Positions 1-13,541 of a stretch of DNA of 64,000 bases are shown one piece after another (the first letter of the stretch is position 1; every line of letters starts with the position of its first letter). The notes under the pieces are model-generated. The model worked only from the letters and a program-made list of their open reading frames with translations. It was not told where the DNA came from and searched no databases. Made by a program: the position numbers and the translations under genes. The stretch is from Eledone cirrhosa. Its lineage: Eukaryota. Location of the stretch: the NCBI GenBank assembly GCA_964016885.1, contig OZ024741.1:192138001-192202000 (forward strand), written 5' to 3'.

Positions 1-77
1 AACATTCGCACGCGCGCACGTGTTTCCACTGTCGGACAGACAGACAGAGAAATTGCTGGTTATATATTATAAGGAGA
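1..77 (-). mobile_element. Helitron-like 5' end (fragment)
   Basis: Minus strand reads TCTCCTTATAATATATAACC...(TGTC)n, the same style as the Helitron 5' ends at 56531 and 56847. Confidence 0.4.
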
Positions 78-113
78 TGAATGTAAGAAGAAGTGAAGTT
101 CGGTTGTAAATTT

Positions 114-470
114 TGTAGTCACGAAAGAAATATATCTGTTGCCGCAGTGATAAGAACCTTGTGAAAGGTAGTGTTGGGCTGGCATGCCATTTAGAAAGGA
201 ACAAACAAATTAAGAGTTAAGACTGGCCGACCAGGCCGAAGTAGAGTTATTGTCATTACATATTGGCTAGTGGTCGAACGGCAAAAGAAAAATGGTGTTT
301 ACCTTTCTACGATCAAGCAGCAACTGTTTAGTGAAAACAAAAGAAGCGGGAAAATCTTTGAGCTGGGCAGAAGTTGAAATATATCCATGCATGGCTTACG
401 ATTGGTCTAACATAACCAAATCACGCATGGATAGTTTATTGATACATGCCATGCAAGTAGCTCCGCTACA
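114..470. mobile_element. Solo LTR, diverged relative of the TRIM LTRs at 3717-5692
   Basis: TGTAG...CTACA termini, 4-bp TSD ATTT (110-113 / 471-474), shared blocks (ttacatattg, gcaaaagaa..tggtgtttacctt) with 3717-4169. Confidence 0.75.
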
Positions 471-899
471 ATTTCAATGTATTACATTTTTTAAACACAA
501 TATCTTACTTTCTTGTCTTTTTTCCTTACTTTTTCTTTTTTCTTCCTTTACCTCATTGTTTTTTCAGTCTCATGAGACTATAGTTGCTATAAAAAGCACT
601 ATACCGTCTCTTAGTTGTCACATAAAATTCTGTGTGTACCTGTTATAGCTTAATTGTTATAAGTTATTGTTTTGCTTTGTCTTTTACTCCACAGGCAGCG
701 CTTTAGCTTGTGTCAGATGTTGTGACATTGGTTGGACCAGCAGTAGCGTCAGTAAGGGTTGAAACTGCCAAAGTCAATTTCCACGGCTGAAGACCTGGGA
801 GTTGTCTTTCGTTATTTCTTTTTGTTCTGCCTTATTTTTATTTGTTGTCTTCTCTTTGTTCATTTTCTTAATTTCATATGTATGTGTGTGTACTCAAAA

Positions 900-1020
900 G
901 AAAAACAGAAATAACAAAACAAACAACACAGTACAATGAAGAAATATATTATTAGTTTTACGCTTGATATAGTCTTAACGTTTTGGATACTAGTCCTTCA
1001 CCAGAAAATAGAATGAGAAA
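900..1020 (-). mobile_element. Penelope pseudo-LTR fragment with decayed minimal hammerhead
   Basis: Minus: CTGGTGA-AGGAC-TAGT-ATCC-AAAA-CG-TT-AAGA; same family as 32141-32176 but with a mutated core. Confidence 0.6.
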
Positions 1021-1564
1021 TTATATATATATAAATATATATATATATAAATATAAATACAATATCGGAGAAAGCTTTTTAGCGATACTCCGGCCAAATT
1101 CCAACTCACTCAACAAACATTAGGAAATAAGTGATTATATTCCCAATTATGTGTTCGGGGTGCTAACTAAAAGTATTGCGTGGAAAATTGACTGTATTAT
1201 TTCAAATGAGACATATCTAATATATCTCTTCCCAGACGGACGTCTCGTTTCATTATAGGACTCCTACAATTTGGGTGAAATTATACCAGTTTATGTAGGA
1301 GCTTGTATATCATCAATAGATATATATTCAAGTGGGCTCCTATAATTCATCAGTGGGTGCCCCAATAATACTAATATTGATAGTCTAACCAACATCAGCA
1401 TTTAGCGATAATCACTTTCTGTGCCTGAGGTATCTGTCAGGTAGCCAGTCCAGCAGTTCTGAAAGAAGTGCTCGAACTGATTCAAAAAATGAGGAAGTGA
1501 ATTACCGCCAAAAAACAATACATGCGCGTGACAATGAACTCTGAAAGGAATTCAGGCCACGTGC

Positions 1565-1737
<173 letters not shown>

Positions 1738-1759
1738 AAAATGTGGAGAAGGAGCACAC

Positions 1760-3586
1760 GAGTTGGAATATATATATGTATGAAAATAGGGAGAAAAAGA
1801 CGATTATTAGGAAGAAAAAAAATTTTTTTTTTCCTTTTATTTTTTAATCTTTTTTCTAGGTTAGAAAATGTTTAAAACAAAATATTTTACTTTGTGTTAA
1901 GGTATTAGTTAATTCATTTATTAATTAACAATGGCATTTATTTATTTATTTATTTATATATTTAATAATTGTCTATTACCGGTTTCAGCATTTTATGCAT
2001 TATCAATTTGTATTGGTGTAAAATGTAGGAGAGAAGATAATGTGATGTTGAACATGTTAAGAAAATGGGAAAGTAAGAATAATTTTATTTACAAACAAGG
2101 TTTTTGAAGTAAAAAGAAAAATAGAAAAAAAAGGGGGTGATTTAGAACATGATAAGGTAATGGGAAAGAAAGAATAATATTATTTACAGGCATAGCTCTT
2201 GAGGATAAGCAGTTCAAAAAGTGTTATTATGGCAAGAGCGCTTGGTTGGTCCATGATGGAGGCAAATGGTAGTCTGGGATGGATATGATTTCCCTTTTTA
2301 GAGAGTTAATATGCAGGGGAAGGTAATTCAGGGTGGTCTGGCAGGAGAGAGAGAGATGAGTGGGAGCAATTCATTTATATAAGAAAAAGGATTAGGTAGG
2401 GTTTTAGGGAGGTAACTCTTTAGAGAATATAGGAATTGGGGTTTTGGTTCATTGTTCGTTCCAGTTATAGTTTAGTCCGAAGTTTAGTCCATTAAGTGGA
2501 GGTTGGAATTTGTTAATGAAGTACGTTTCCTTATTGGTACGATGGATGAAAGAAGCGTTGTCTATGAATTTGTAAATGGGGAAAATTCTAAACTTTGGAT
2601 GTTGGTTAGGTGTACAATTGGCGATATGTTCACTAAAAGCAATCTTTCTGTATTCCTGTATTTTGATTTGTAATCTATGGACGGTCATACGTTGTCGGAG
2701 GCTGTTTTTTGTCTGCCCTATGTAGTGCTCTCGACAACCTGAGCAGGTCAAAACATAGATTAGGTTTTCAGATGCATATGTAAAGTTGTATTTAACTGTG
2801 AAATGTTGTCCGTGTTTAAAATGGAATGTTGAACCTTCTATTAGATTTATGCATATACCACAGTTGGGCCTTCCACATTTTTTTTACTGTAGGGTTCATT
2901 GTGAGGGTTGGTTGGATTTTGGCTTATGTGAGGATTTTTTTAATGGATTTAGGTTGTCTTTTGTTCTTTATGATGTTGTGTGTTTGGAGGATTTTGTTCA
3001 TTCTTGGGTCTCTTTTTAGTAAAGGATGTTCTGGAGGATGGTGTCGAATGCCCCATTGTTGAGGGGGTTGTGTGTGGAGATGTATGGTAAAGTTTTCTGT
3101 TGCGGTTCATTCCTGGGTTTGGAGTGTCTGAGTTCCTGGATGTTGAGCTTTAGGGCACATTGTTGATTGGGGATGGTGGATAGTTTCTGCTGATAAGTGT
3201 GTTCTTTAATTCTTCTAGTCGTGTGTAGCATGTGTATTTATCTGAAACTATTGTGCAGATCCTTCCGGCTAGGTTATAAGGAATTGCTATTTTGGTATGG
3301 CGAGGGTGGCACGAGTTAAATGAAAGATATTGTTTGGAGTCTGTGTGTTTGTAGTATATGTCTGTTTCTATTTTGGTGTTTGTTTTCTTGATGAGGATGT
3401 CGAGGAAAGGGAGTTGTTCATGACTAATCCATTGTAAATTGTAAGTTTGTGTTGAGTCCATTTAGAAGGGTTTTAAACTCAATCAGTCTTTCTATACTTT
3501 GATGCCAGAGGATGAAGCAGTCGTCCAGATATCTCTTCCAGTTTTTTCTATGTGTAGGTAGAAGTGATTACCGCATTTGTCTAGAA
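1760..3586 (-). mobile_element. Penelope-like element (Neptune-type), 3' part: RT C-terminus, Zn-finger linker, GIY-YIG endonuclease, 3' region with decayed hammerhead (~1973-2012)
   Basis: Frameshifted ORFs read WKRYLDDCF, LPFLDI...TDIYYKHTDSKQYL..SCHPRH, CGRPNCGIC and IYVLTCSGCREHYIGQT..LRQRMTVH. The left boundary is approximate. Confidence 0.9.
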
Positions 3587-3716
3587 CAAAGATTCTCAAC
3601 CCATTTCGGCCAAATCACGAAACGCCCCACTACCCTATTTTTGCATTTTTCAATATACTACTGATTTTGATATCAGTAGATTACTAAAAAATTGATTAAC
3701 GATATTCCAAAGATAC

Positions 3717-5692
3717 TTTAGCGGAGAGTTATATTTAGAAGTTGGTAAGGTTGCCACGTGGAACCAGGTTTGGTAGAAAGATATGATAGGAATATCGACA
3801 ACGACTTTAGCTTGGTTTTACATTATTTATTAACAGAGGTTAAGAAGGGAATTAAGCTGGCATGCCAAGAGAAATGAAATAATTCAATTAAGATTACAAG
3901 AGAAAATACGGTCGACTGGCTGAGGCGTTTAGCCAGGTCCGTAGCAATGTTTTGTCGTTACATATTGTTTGTGCTTACGGAGCAAAAGAACAAGTGGTGT
4001 TTACCTTAGCATGGTCAAGCTGCAAGTCTTTGATTCCTCAAATCTTCGCGGGCTATTTCTCCCTCAGAACGCGTAGGGATACATCCTCTTCCCCTGGCGC
4101 TGATTGGCTGAGCTGAGCCAAATCACGCACAGAGAATGTATGTGAGCCCGCGGAATGTAGATCACTACATCACCTCCGAGCAGATTTTTAGCCGAAAATC
4201 GTTAACGATGAAGCCAAGGACCCACAAGGTACAGTTTAAACCCCCCCCCTTCTAGACGGAAGTCGATACAGATTATTGAATCAGCAAGAACAAATGCTGA
4301 AAGAGCACATCAGTGAAAAAATAATTGAGCAGAAAGATGCATGCAAGAAAAAAAATGAGGCGCTACGGGCCGTGTTGAGCCGCTGTCAAATGACTAGCTG
4401 TTTTGTAGTTTATACGTGACCACCAAAGGTCTAACAGAAAACAGATAAAGTCTGACACGGGCGAAGTTGCTGTTCTTGCATTAAATGTTAATGGTAAGTG
4501 TTGTAGCTGTGGACGAAGTGGCGTAAAGTTTTTGAAATACTGCTAATTTTTTTCTAAAAATATTCTAAAGAAAATTTGAATAATAAAAATAATCATTTTC
4601 CATGGCAAGAAAATCCCAAGATGGCCGATTGAAAAATGTGCCTGTGATGAAGAAGCCGTCATGTGGCACGATGCAGCCAATCAGATGGCTGGAATTGAAG
4701 AAGACAAGCTGTACGCGGGAAAACAAAATTTTTGAGTCTCCATTTGTAATTTTAACAGAAGTTTGAAAGCAAAATTCTATATCCAGAGAAATCCTTTTTT
4801 TTTTTTTTTTTTTTTTTGTTTGTTTGTTTTTAACAAACTATGCTTGCAAGGCAAGTTGTTCTTAGTCGGTGGTCACCGTACTCATTTTATCAACTAATTG
4901 AAATATACCAAACCACCTCAACCGGATAGAAGACATCGCATAATTTTCAATCCAAAAGAGAAATTTTTTGTTAGTCGTCGAAAAAACTCTTTCTTTTGTG
5001 TTGTATTTTTGTGTTCGTCTGTATGCGTGAGTCACTAGTGTTACCATGAAAGTTATGACAGAAATATTGTGCAGGCCGCGTGCTTCAACACATGGAATAT
5101 TATGAATTTTATGGACTTACGCTAAGTGAGTCTAGCTACCCGATTCGAACATTCCAAATGTTAAGCCACTCCACATTGCCGTTAAAACGAATGGCGAATT
5201 CAAATAGGCTGCGTTTTCATACTTAATCGTCGAAGGTCACCAATTTAGCGGAGAGTTATATTTAGAAGTTGGTAAGGTTGCCACGTGGAACCAGGTTTGG
5301 TAGAAAGATATGATATATCGACAACGACTTTAGCTTGGTTTTACATTATTTATTAACAGAGGTTAAGAAGTGAATTAAGCTGGCGTGCCAAGAGAAATGA
5401 AATAATTCAATTAAGATTACAAGAGAAAATACGGTCGACTGGCTGAGGCGTTTAGCCAGGTCCGTAGCAATGTTTTGTCGTTACATATTGTTTGTGCTTA
5501 CGGAGCAAAAGAACAAGTGGTGTTTACCTTAGCATGGTCAAGCTGAAAGTCTTTGATTCCTCAAATCTTCGTGGGCTATTTCTCCCTCAGAACGCGTAGG
5601 GATACATCCTCTTCCCCTGGCGCTGATTGGCTGAGCTGAGCCAAATCACGCACAGAGAATGTATGTGAGCCCGCGGAATGTAAGTCACTACA
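3717..5692 (-). mobile_element. Non-autonomous LTR retrotransposon (TRIM-like), complete
   Basis: Near-identical LTRs 3717-4169 and 5244-5692, TSD ATAC, PBS TGGTGACCTTCGACG (tRNA-Trp-like) next to the 5' LTR, weak PPT, ~1.07-kb internal region with no long ORF. Confidence 0.9.
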
Positions 5693-6159
5693 ATACCATT
5701 GTAGGCAGTTGAAAGTATAAATACATTCCTTGAAAGGAAGTATATAAATTTCAAAAAAAGGAACATAAATGTTCTTTTTTATGAATAAGGACCAGTTAAA
5801 TTTGTTATATTCCCACCAGACGATACCAGCTATTTTGAACATTTATACAAGAGCAACTCTATCTATCCAAAGAGTGATCTTATCTGGAAGAAAGTGGCAA
5901 TTGTATTATTTCAAAGCTTTCCAATTTTCCCTTTAATGAAACGGAGAGAATAAATGTCGATATCTAACTTGATGTCCCTCCGCTTTGTGAGCTTAGAGAC
6001 CACGGAAGAGGGTTTTCATGACCACGTAATAGGGTATATTCATTAGTAAACGGTAAAATATATACAACAAATGAGTAAGTGAATTGTGGTAGATGGTTTC
6101 CAATCCAGTCAGACTGCAGCTACAAATAAAAAATCGACTTACTTCGACCTCGTTTCAAT

Positions 6160-7515
6160 GGGACCCTTGAGCTTCATGGAGTTTAGCTAACTCTTTGGCA
6201 TCAGGCTGGATTTTCGTAAGATGTAGCCGGAGATCTCCACGTGCAATCACATTGTAGCGGTTGCGAGCCTTACTATGCAGTCTGGAAACAGCGCCAAACC
6301 CGACTCTCGACTAAGTATGAGCTAGGAAAAGGCAAAGCAAATCTCTTAGTCTCTGCATGTAGGAGTAGAAATCGACGCTGAATTTCCTCTTGCATCCAAA
6401 AAGGGGTTCACCTAATTTGGAAAATTTAATTTTGATAATGTCATCTGTCTGAAGTTCAATTAATTCTCCCTGAAATTTAACGTCCAAATCGTCGACGTTA
6501 GCTATGAAGGGATCTGCTATCCATATTGGGCTGTCCATCTGCAAAAGGTCGACAAACCGTTCTCTCATGTTGTCTTGTAGTGCACGGAGGTGCGCGGTAT
6601 AAATTTGGAGTTGGTCATCGCTCACAATGTTTTGAACATTGGCGACACTAGGAAAATTATAGAATTCCCGTCGACAAAGATTCCTTTCGATGACTTTCAA
6701 TTTGGCCAGGAATATTTTCACAGCATTCCTTGCTTTAAACAAGGTGATCTTCTCCCCCTGCAAAGCCATAATGAGGCTATTGCATTTGTCGAAGATGTCG
6801 GCGAGGTAGGCAGAGTCTTGCCTTACATCGAGGGTATTTTTATACAGTTCTGTGTTGCGTCCTCGAAGAAACTCAATGATAGAGTCGAACAGTTCAAAGA
6901 AGCGAGTAAGGCACTTGCCCTTTGAAAGCCACCTCACTTCAGTATGAAGGAGAAACTCGACGAATTCTTCGTCATTATCTTCGCACAGTTGCCGGAAAAT
7001 TCTTTCATTGAGGGCATGGCGTTTAATATAATTGATGACATCAATGGTTACCTGCAAAGACTTGCTCAGCGGCTCGCTGAATTTCTTCGCAGCTAAGTGT
7101 TGTCAATGAATGACACAATGAACAGCAAATACAGATGGACTTTCTCTCTTCAGAAGAGAGACGAAACCCTTATGTTGGCCGACCATTGCTCTTGCGCCGT
7201 CAGTAGCACATGATACAATATTGTTAAGAGGTATCTCTTTTTCTTCGAGGTATCCTTTGACAAATTCAAAGATGGTGGCACCTTTAGTATCTGTGGCATT
7301 TCGTTTTGGTGGAAAAATCGCACGTATCCCAGTAGTAAGGACTGATTCCCGGAAAGTGTGCTTTCATCAAGCTGCAAAGCCAATTGTGTCGATTTCAAGA
7401 TGTTGCATAATTTTTGTTCAACATTTTCCGCCATTTCGTCGATGCGTCTCCTTATTGAGTCGTTACTCAACGGAATACATTTCAAGGTCTTTAACGGGTA
7501 GTACTGTTGAAAAAT
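6160..7515 (-). pseudogene. Buster-type hAT transposase, catalytic and C-terminal part (frameshifted)
   Basis: IPLSNDSIRRRIDEMA, LQLDEST, CATDGA, VHCVIH, LLHTEVRWLSKGKCLTRF, FPSSYLVESGF. Confidence 0.92.
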
Positions 7516-7659
7516 TGATGTGGTGTGTGACAAACATGTTGGATTGTAGCAGTTTTATTAATCACCGTTTAGCAGAGTTATTTAGATGTAGTAATGTAGT
7601 TGTTTGAGGAAATAATGTAATTGTCATTAATGTGGATATAAGTTGTAACAATGAAAGAA

Positions 7660-9200
7660 TGGTATTTAACTAATGTATTGGTACGCGATGGGGCCCACCC
7701 ACAGCCCCGGCGGACAGAATGGAGAAGGCGTTTCCCCGGAGGACGCGCTGGAAAAGCCACTCCAATTCGCGGGGCTCACACATGCGGCTGGCCAGCTCAG
7801 CGCCTGTGTGACGGACTTGCAGATCACCTTGGCAGCCAGCCTCCGGAAGACATTGCCCACAGCAATGGGGCGTATGCCACCCTCTTTCTTCCTGAGAGCG
7901 GTGAGGCTGGCTGAAAAAAGAGGCCTCGGGCGTAAGGGTCGAGGGCACCATGAATGAGCCTATTGGTGAGCCCCACAATTGCACTTAGAAGGCGGCGCCC
8001 GGCCTCAGCGGAGAGGGGGGATGTCAATTCCTTGAGGTGGCCTGGTCGGAGACCATCAACACCTCCGCAGCTGCTAGCTGGGAAGGACCTGATGGCGGAC
8101 ATGATATCTGCATCAGTAGCCACAAGGAGCAGGTGGGGGTCGGGTGGGGGTATGGGTCTGAGATCAGTGGGTGGCTCAGGGTGTTTGATCCGCAGAACAG
8201 CCAGGATCTCCTCGGTGGGTTGGAGGACAGTGTCCTCTGAGGCAACAACTCTGACTGCGGCCGAGACATCACCCATGATAAGCTTTGCGTTTACTGGTCA
8301 CGCAAACGCTTGGCGATGGCCTCGGGGGTGGAGGATAGGGGTACCTGAGGGTGGGATGTGTGGCGTCCCTGGGCACGCTTGGAATGGGTGCTCGCCCAAA
8401 TGACGAGACATTGGCCTTGACGAAGGCCGCTGTTGACCGGCCGCCCCGGTCAGCGCCAGAGCTGGGGAGGCCGAGGGCAAGTGGGGCTAAATAGAACAGC
8501 CGCTCCCAGTCACTGGCTCGATTGGAGTCCAGGGCGCTCTCAATCGAGGAAGCGAGGGCATCGGCTACAGGCACCCGTGCCGCTCTCGGGATCCTGAGTG
8601 GGATCTTCCGGAGCCGCCTGAGTCGAGTGATGTTGACCAGCGAGGCTCGGGCGTCAGGCAAGCTCGCTGTCCCATCTGGTGGTGTGCCAGACGGCCGTGG
8701 CTGGGAAGACGTGGGGAAGAGGCAGCTCCTGCACCTCCACGCTGCGAGGGCATTGGAAGCTCGACGAGTCAAGCCAACGCAGGTGAGGTGTTGGAAGCAG
8801 CCACACCCCAAACAGTTCCGGCCCCTCTTCCATTTGTTAGTGGTGCCGCAAGTGCTGCAGGTGTCGGTTTGGAGGGGTGGGGGATGGGGTGTGAGACCGG
8901 GGACTGGGGAACCGAGCGGCATCAGGGGTGGGTGGCTGGTGTGTGTGGGTGGAAGGGAAAGTGCTGGTAAGAGGGCAGCATAGTTCACCTATATATATGG
9001 AGGTGCCAGAAAACGAGAGCAAAAAGGGGCTGCATGGAGAGGGAGACACAGTAAGGTAGAATGGCAGTAAATGAATGAGTGAATGGATGGATGTACACAA
9101 AAGAGGGGGGGGGGGGGGAACAAGGGGTTGTTCCCTGCGGAAAGACCCAGAGTTCAGCACGCACAGATGCGAGCAACTGAGCAGTTTGTCATAGACGATA
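7660..9200 (-). mobile_element. CRE-clade non-LTR retrotransposon, internally deleted: 5' UTR, PHD finger, RT N-terminus fused to the extreme C-terminus
   Basis: CSTC..CLGC..H..C..WRCRSC (PHD); SFPASSCGGVDGLRPGHL; PIAVGNVFRRLAAK; then at ~7800 a jump to LEWLFQRVLRGNAFSIL*. GC-rich. Confidence 0.85.
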
Positions 9201-9544
9201 TTCTCAATGGACGCGCTTACAATATTTGAATATAACTGAACCGTCGTGTCATTTAATTTGAAAAGTGGAGCAAAGTAAAAGGAGAATAGTGAATTTGGAG
9301 TGTCAATCCCTTGTGATTTTTTTTTCTTTTTCAATACCGGACTTACAGTTTTCCAGGATTTATACTCATTTTTTTTTTCCTTCAAAAGGATGGAGGCGTT
9401 TTATCTCCTTATGAAACTGACATTACTTAATGATGTTCGTCATCTATGGCTTATTCATATGTATTATTTCATAACTCTATAGAACTATTAGAATGTTTGT
9501 GCAGTGTTCTGTGTCCAGCCAGGTTTGTACAACAAGTAAGAAAA

Positions 9545-10585
9545 ATGATGAGGCGGTGCTGGTCGAGCTGGCGTGTGAGCCTGTCTGAGGCCAGGTTGCA
9601 GTGGATGGCATCCCAAGTGCGTTGGGAGGACTTGACACCTACAGGGGAAGAAAGAGGAGGGACGTCTACTGGGTTAAGTCCCAGCCGGTCCCACGTCTCA
9701 CAGGCGGCCTCACGTTCTCTGAACACAGAGGGTTCTGTTGTGTTTTGAAGAATCCTGCTGACGAGGACGCGGCACGAGGTTACCGACGAAAGATACGCCG
9801 GCAAAGCTAGTGAGATCGAGGATCGGAGGCCTAGGCCGCCATACCTGACAGGTAAAGTGGCCTGTTGCCACCCTATGTCGTCAAACTTGACGTTGCATAT
9901 CCCCTCGGCTGCTGCTCGGATACAAGTATCGAGGTCAGCGAGGAGAGATGTCTGGGTGTAGCATGGAGCGCTGCGGAGTGTATAGAGGAGCTTCGGCATG
10001 GCGAAGCAGTTCCTCAGAAGAAAGAGAGCTGGGTGGCCGTCAATCAAACCAAGTCGGCTCGTGAGAGTCTGAAGCTGTTGAAGCCTGGACCTGATGGTGG
10101 AGCGGATGACCGGCGGGTGAATCGGTGACCCGAGGATGAAGACATCCTCTTTGGGGGTCACCTGAACCTGGCGGAGAATGGACCGCAAGTCCAAGACGGA
10201 GGCTGCAAAGCTCGCAGCATCGAGGCTGACGTTCACCACCTCCGACTTGGCCGAGTTGACCTGGAGGCCGATTCCCGCCAGGGCAGGAATCGCCGATTGA
10301 AGGTCTTGGCAGACCCTCCGTACGGGCCCGCCCAACGTAGCATCATCCAGATACCAAACGTTGAGAGGGGCCGTGATACTCCGGGCGATGTGGTCAATAC
10401 CAAGGGCGAACAGGAGGGGTCCCAAAGGGTCGCTCTGTTGGACCCCAGTAGCCAAGAGTATGACTGTATCAGCAGCTAGGAGCATGCTCGGGGCTCCATA
10501 TGACAGGTAGGCCAGCGGGTAGGCAGAAGGGGCTCGGCTGAGGCAGGCCTCGAGCAGATGATCCCGGCGTAAAGGAATGTGCCAT
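9545..10585 (-). mobile_element. CRE-clade RT central/C-terminal segment (open frame)
   Basis: LRRDHLL, TGVQQSDPLGPLLFAL, WYLDDATL, GLQVNSAKSE, PKLLYTLR, QATLPVRYGGLGLRS. Confidence 0.9.
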
Positions 10586-10859
10586 TGTGCTAGGCCCGAG
10601 GCAGGCCGGCAGGAAAAAGTGCAAATCTCACCGTTACATATTGTACGTGTCGATCCTTCGGCGTTGAAGCAACAAGAGACCAAGAGGTCTTTACATTACC
10701 ATGTTCAGGTTGCTAGAGAGAGATTCTTCAAATCCTTGCGGGGAATTTCTCCCTCGGGGAGCGTAGGGATACATTCTCTTCTGCTGGCGCTGATTGGCTG
10801 AGCTGAGCCAAATCACGCACAGAGAATGTATGTGAGCCCGCGGAATGTAGGTCACTACA

Positions 10860-11217
10860 AACTTCTGAGATGACAGGAGCTACCAATGTTTCACCCAAGG
10901 AATGGGGCTTGCCACACTTTGCGATTACGTTGGCAATATTGTAAGATGCGACAAGTCCATCAACATTTGAAGCTTCAACTTTTGAAAAGGCAGAAGAAAT
11001 TAGTGTTGTTTTCTGAAATTGGTCCCTAAGAGACTTATCGGGGGTGCCTCACCTCCAGGTGTCTACTCAAACGCGATGGCTTCATCGCCTCATTCGAAAA
11101 TGACTCCTTGCAAATTAAACACATGGGTGACAGGTGGTTCGACGGCGATGGGATGAATGCGAACCGTAAGTAATCAACGCTGTACTGCCTGCATTTTTTC
11201 TTCATTGCTGAGGCCAT
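10860..11217 (-). pseudogene. Buster transposase N-terminus with BED zinc finger
   Basis: MASAMKKKCRQYSVDYLRFAF..PMCLIC..SNEAMKPSRLSRHL..H, then ASYNIANVIAKCGKPHSLGETLVAPVISEV. Confidence 0.9.
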
Positions 11218-11972
11218 TTTCTGTTTATCGAATGTGTTTGGTAAAATTACGCAAAGATTTGCCTATATAAGCCTATAAAATTATGTATAAGGAACTTACT
11301 ATAATGAGTCCTGTTGCAGTATGATAAAGTTTCAAGTAATGTTCTGGAATAACACTTTGTAATAAACAAAACTGCAATGAAAAACACAAATACTGTCATT
11401 AATTAACCAAGTCGAGACAAGTTATATATGAAGATTAACCAGTCTTTCATGTAGGAATAGTAATAACTTAGCTTGAGGGAATTAAGGTGGCAGACTCAAT
11501 AAAGGATCAATGAGGCAATGAGTTCAATAGAACGTAATGCAAGAATGACTAGTAATGTGCTATTTTGAAATGGAATTCATCAATTAAGCATGTAGTGATA
11601 AGACGCGATAATACTAAGTTAAGACATTACTTATTAGTCAGACTTACTCAAATTATCGCCCTTACCTTAATGCATCACTGTGATATTCTTGTAATGGTGC
11701 TGCAATTATAATGGATGACTGTTGAAGACTACAAAAGCACTTCCTTAAACCCAAGGCTATAACAAGACTTGATCGATCGTAGTATAAACAGTCAGTTTAT
11801 ATAGGAATAGCAACAACCTAGTTATAGAATAATTGATGTGGAAATGCAATGAAGAGAAGATGGGGTCAAGCAAACCGAATGTTAGTAAGAATGAGCTGAA
11901 GTATCGAGGTCAAGCTGAACACGGTGATGAACGGGTTAGTGAATTCAATTCATGAATAATGTTGCTCTTTTC

Positions 11973-13230
11973 CAGGGGCCTCGTTTGCCTTAAAAATGTG
12001 AGGGGACAAACCAACATTTGTTGGAGCATTTTAGTATTACTTATGGTGTCTTTCCTGAACCCTATCACATAAGTCAAATTTTACGCTAATTAAATTTTAT
12101 ATATTCAATTGAAGTTCAGATATAAAAAAATAAGCTTAAAAAGTATTTATTATATCAAATAAACAAAAAATAAAACAGACATTTTAATAAAAATCATATA
12201 AAGTAAATTTATTGTCTTTTAGAACTTTCCAAATGTATCATATCTCGCATAATTGCTGTCAATAAATAATTTAGTAACTTCTTCACAACTAATCTTTTTC
12301 AAAACATCTCTATGGACGTGGCATATTAGAATATGATTCAACCTTTGTTGAGTCATGGTCGGTCGCAGCCAAGCTTAGCAGAGCGCTAAAAGATCTTTCA
12401 GATTCACAAGAACTGGTTGGAAACATTAAAAGTAGCCTGAACAACTGCTCAAAATTTAGAAACATGCGACGGACTTCTGGTTGCATTTCACCGAATATTT
12501 TACGACGGTCCTCGAGAGATGATCGATTATGATGATTTCTATAAAAAAGTATTTCGTTCCTTAAAGAAAATTCATCAAGCTCTGGATAGTGCATGATCAC
12601 TTCAGCACAAACATTTCCATTGAGTAAAATATTGCTCAGTTTTTCATAATCTGCTAAATCCCGTGAAAAAAAAAAATCTTTCAAATTTGATATTGCAGTA
12701 TCCACTACCTGCAAATACGGCACTCTGTAATGATCCAAATAATATCAGTGTTGATATTTTAACGCATTCCCTTCCTGGTATCTTTTAGGAACTTTTCGTT
12801 GCCTGGGTAGCTCCAAAGGAGAAATATCGAGTTGATAAATCATTTTTTTCTGCTCCTGAAATTTTTCTTCACTGCGTAGATTTTTTAGCTCCTCTTGCAC
12901 CAGTTTGACACTATGCAACATGCTACCTAGATTGAAGGTGGTACTTTGAAAAGATTTGTTCAATCCTTCAAGGAATTGAAGTAATGGAACTACAACGTGC
13001 AATCCAAGAACACATTGGCCCGGAGAGTGACACGTAAGAATAACATTAGCTCTGGATGCAATGTTGGTGCCAAACTCATTTGTTGCCTCTTGTAAAGAAA
13101 TAGGGACATCTGAATAATTGTCAAGAAGGGCTTTGACTGCAGAAAGTCGTGTTAGCCATCGAGTAGGGCACAGGTTTTAAAAAGTGTGGTGACGATACTT
13201 CATTTTCTTCATCATCGTCTCCTCCAGGAC
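11973..13230 (-). mobile_element. Second hAT (Tip100/ZMYM-like), 3' fragment with decayed transposase
   Basis: CPTRWLTRLSAV, LPRQRKVPKRY, PTSSCESERSFSAL, MTQQRLNHILICHVH; CAGGGG terminus at 11973. Confidence 0.8.
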
Positions 13231-13289
13231 GTAATGGCCCTTTTGTGTCCTTGAGTTTGAGACCCCTCTTCTACGCACACACACATTTT

Positions 13290-13541
13290 ACTTTTTTTCT
13301 GTCTCTGGACTACGCCTATGCTGGAGCATCACCTTGGTCAGTTATGGGGACGTCAACAAACCAACAAGCATTGGTGGGAGGGCAAACACAAACGCAAGGA
13401 CACACACAGACATATACATATATACGACGGGCTTCTTTTAGTTTCGGTCTATCAAATCCATTCACAGGGCTTTGGTCGGCCCGGGCAGTGGGACTGAAAC
13501 CGAAAATATGTGGTTGGGAAGCAAGCTTCTTGTCACACTGC

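Larger units (their letters stand above)
7516..10859 (-). mobile_element. LTR of the TRIM-related family inserted in the Buster transposase and itself interrupted by CRE sequence
   Basis: 10859-10614 matches the LTR 5' ends at 5692, 4169 and 41123 (TGTAGTGACCTACATTCCGCGG...). The remainder with AATAAA..GCTACA is near 7546-7660. The transposase reads ISEV|FSTVL across it. The left boundary is approximate. Confidence 0.7.

Noticed and set aside
9100-9200. Possible HDV-like ribozyme at the CRE 5' end
   Set aside because: A nested double pseudoknot could not be built by eye.
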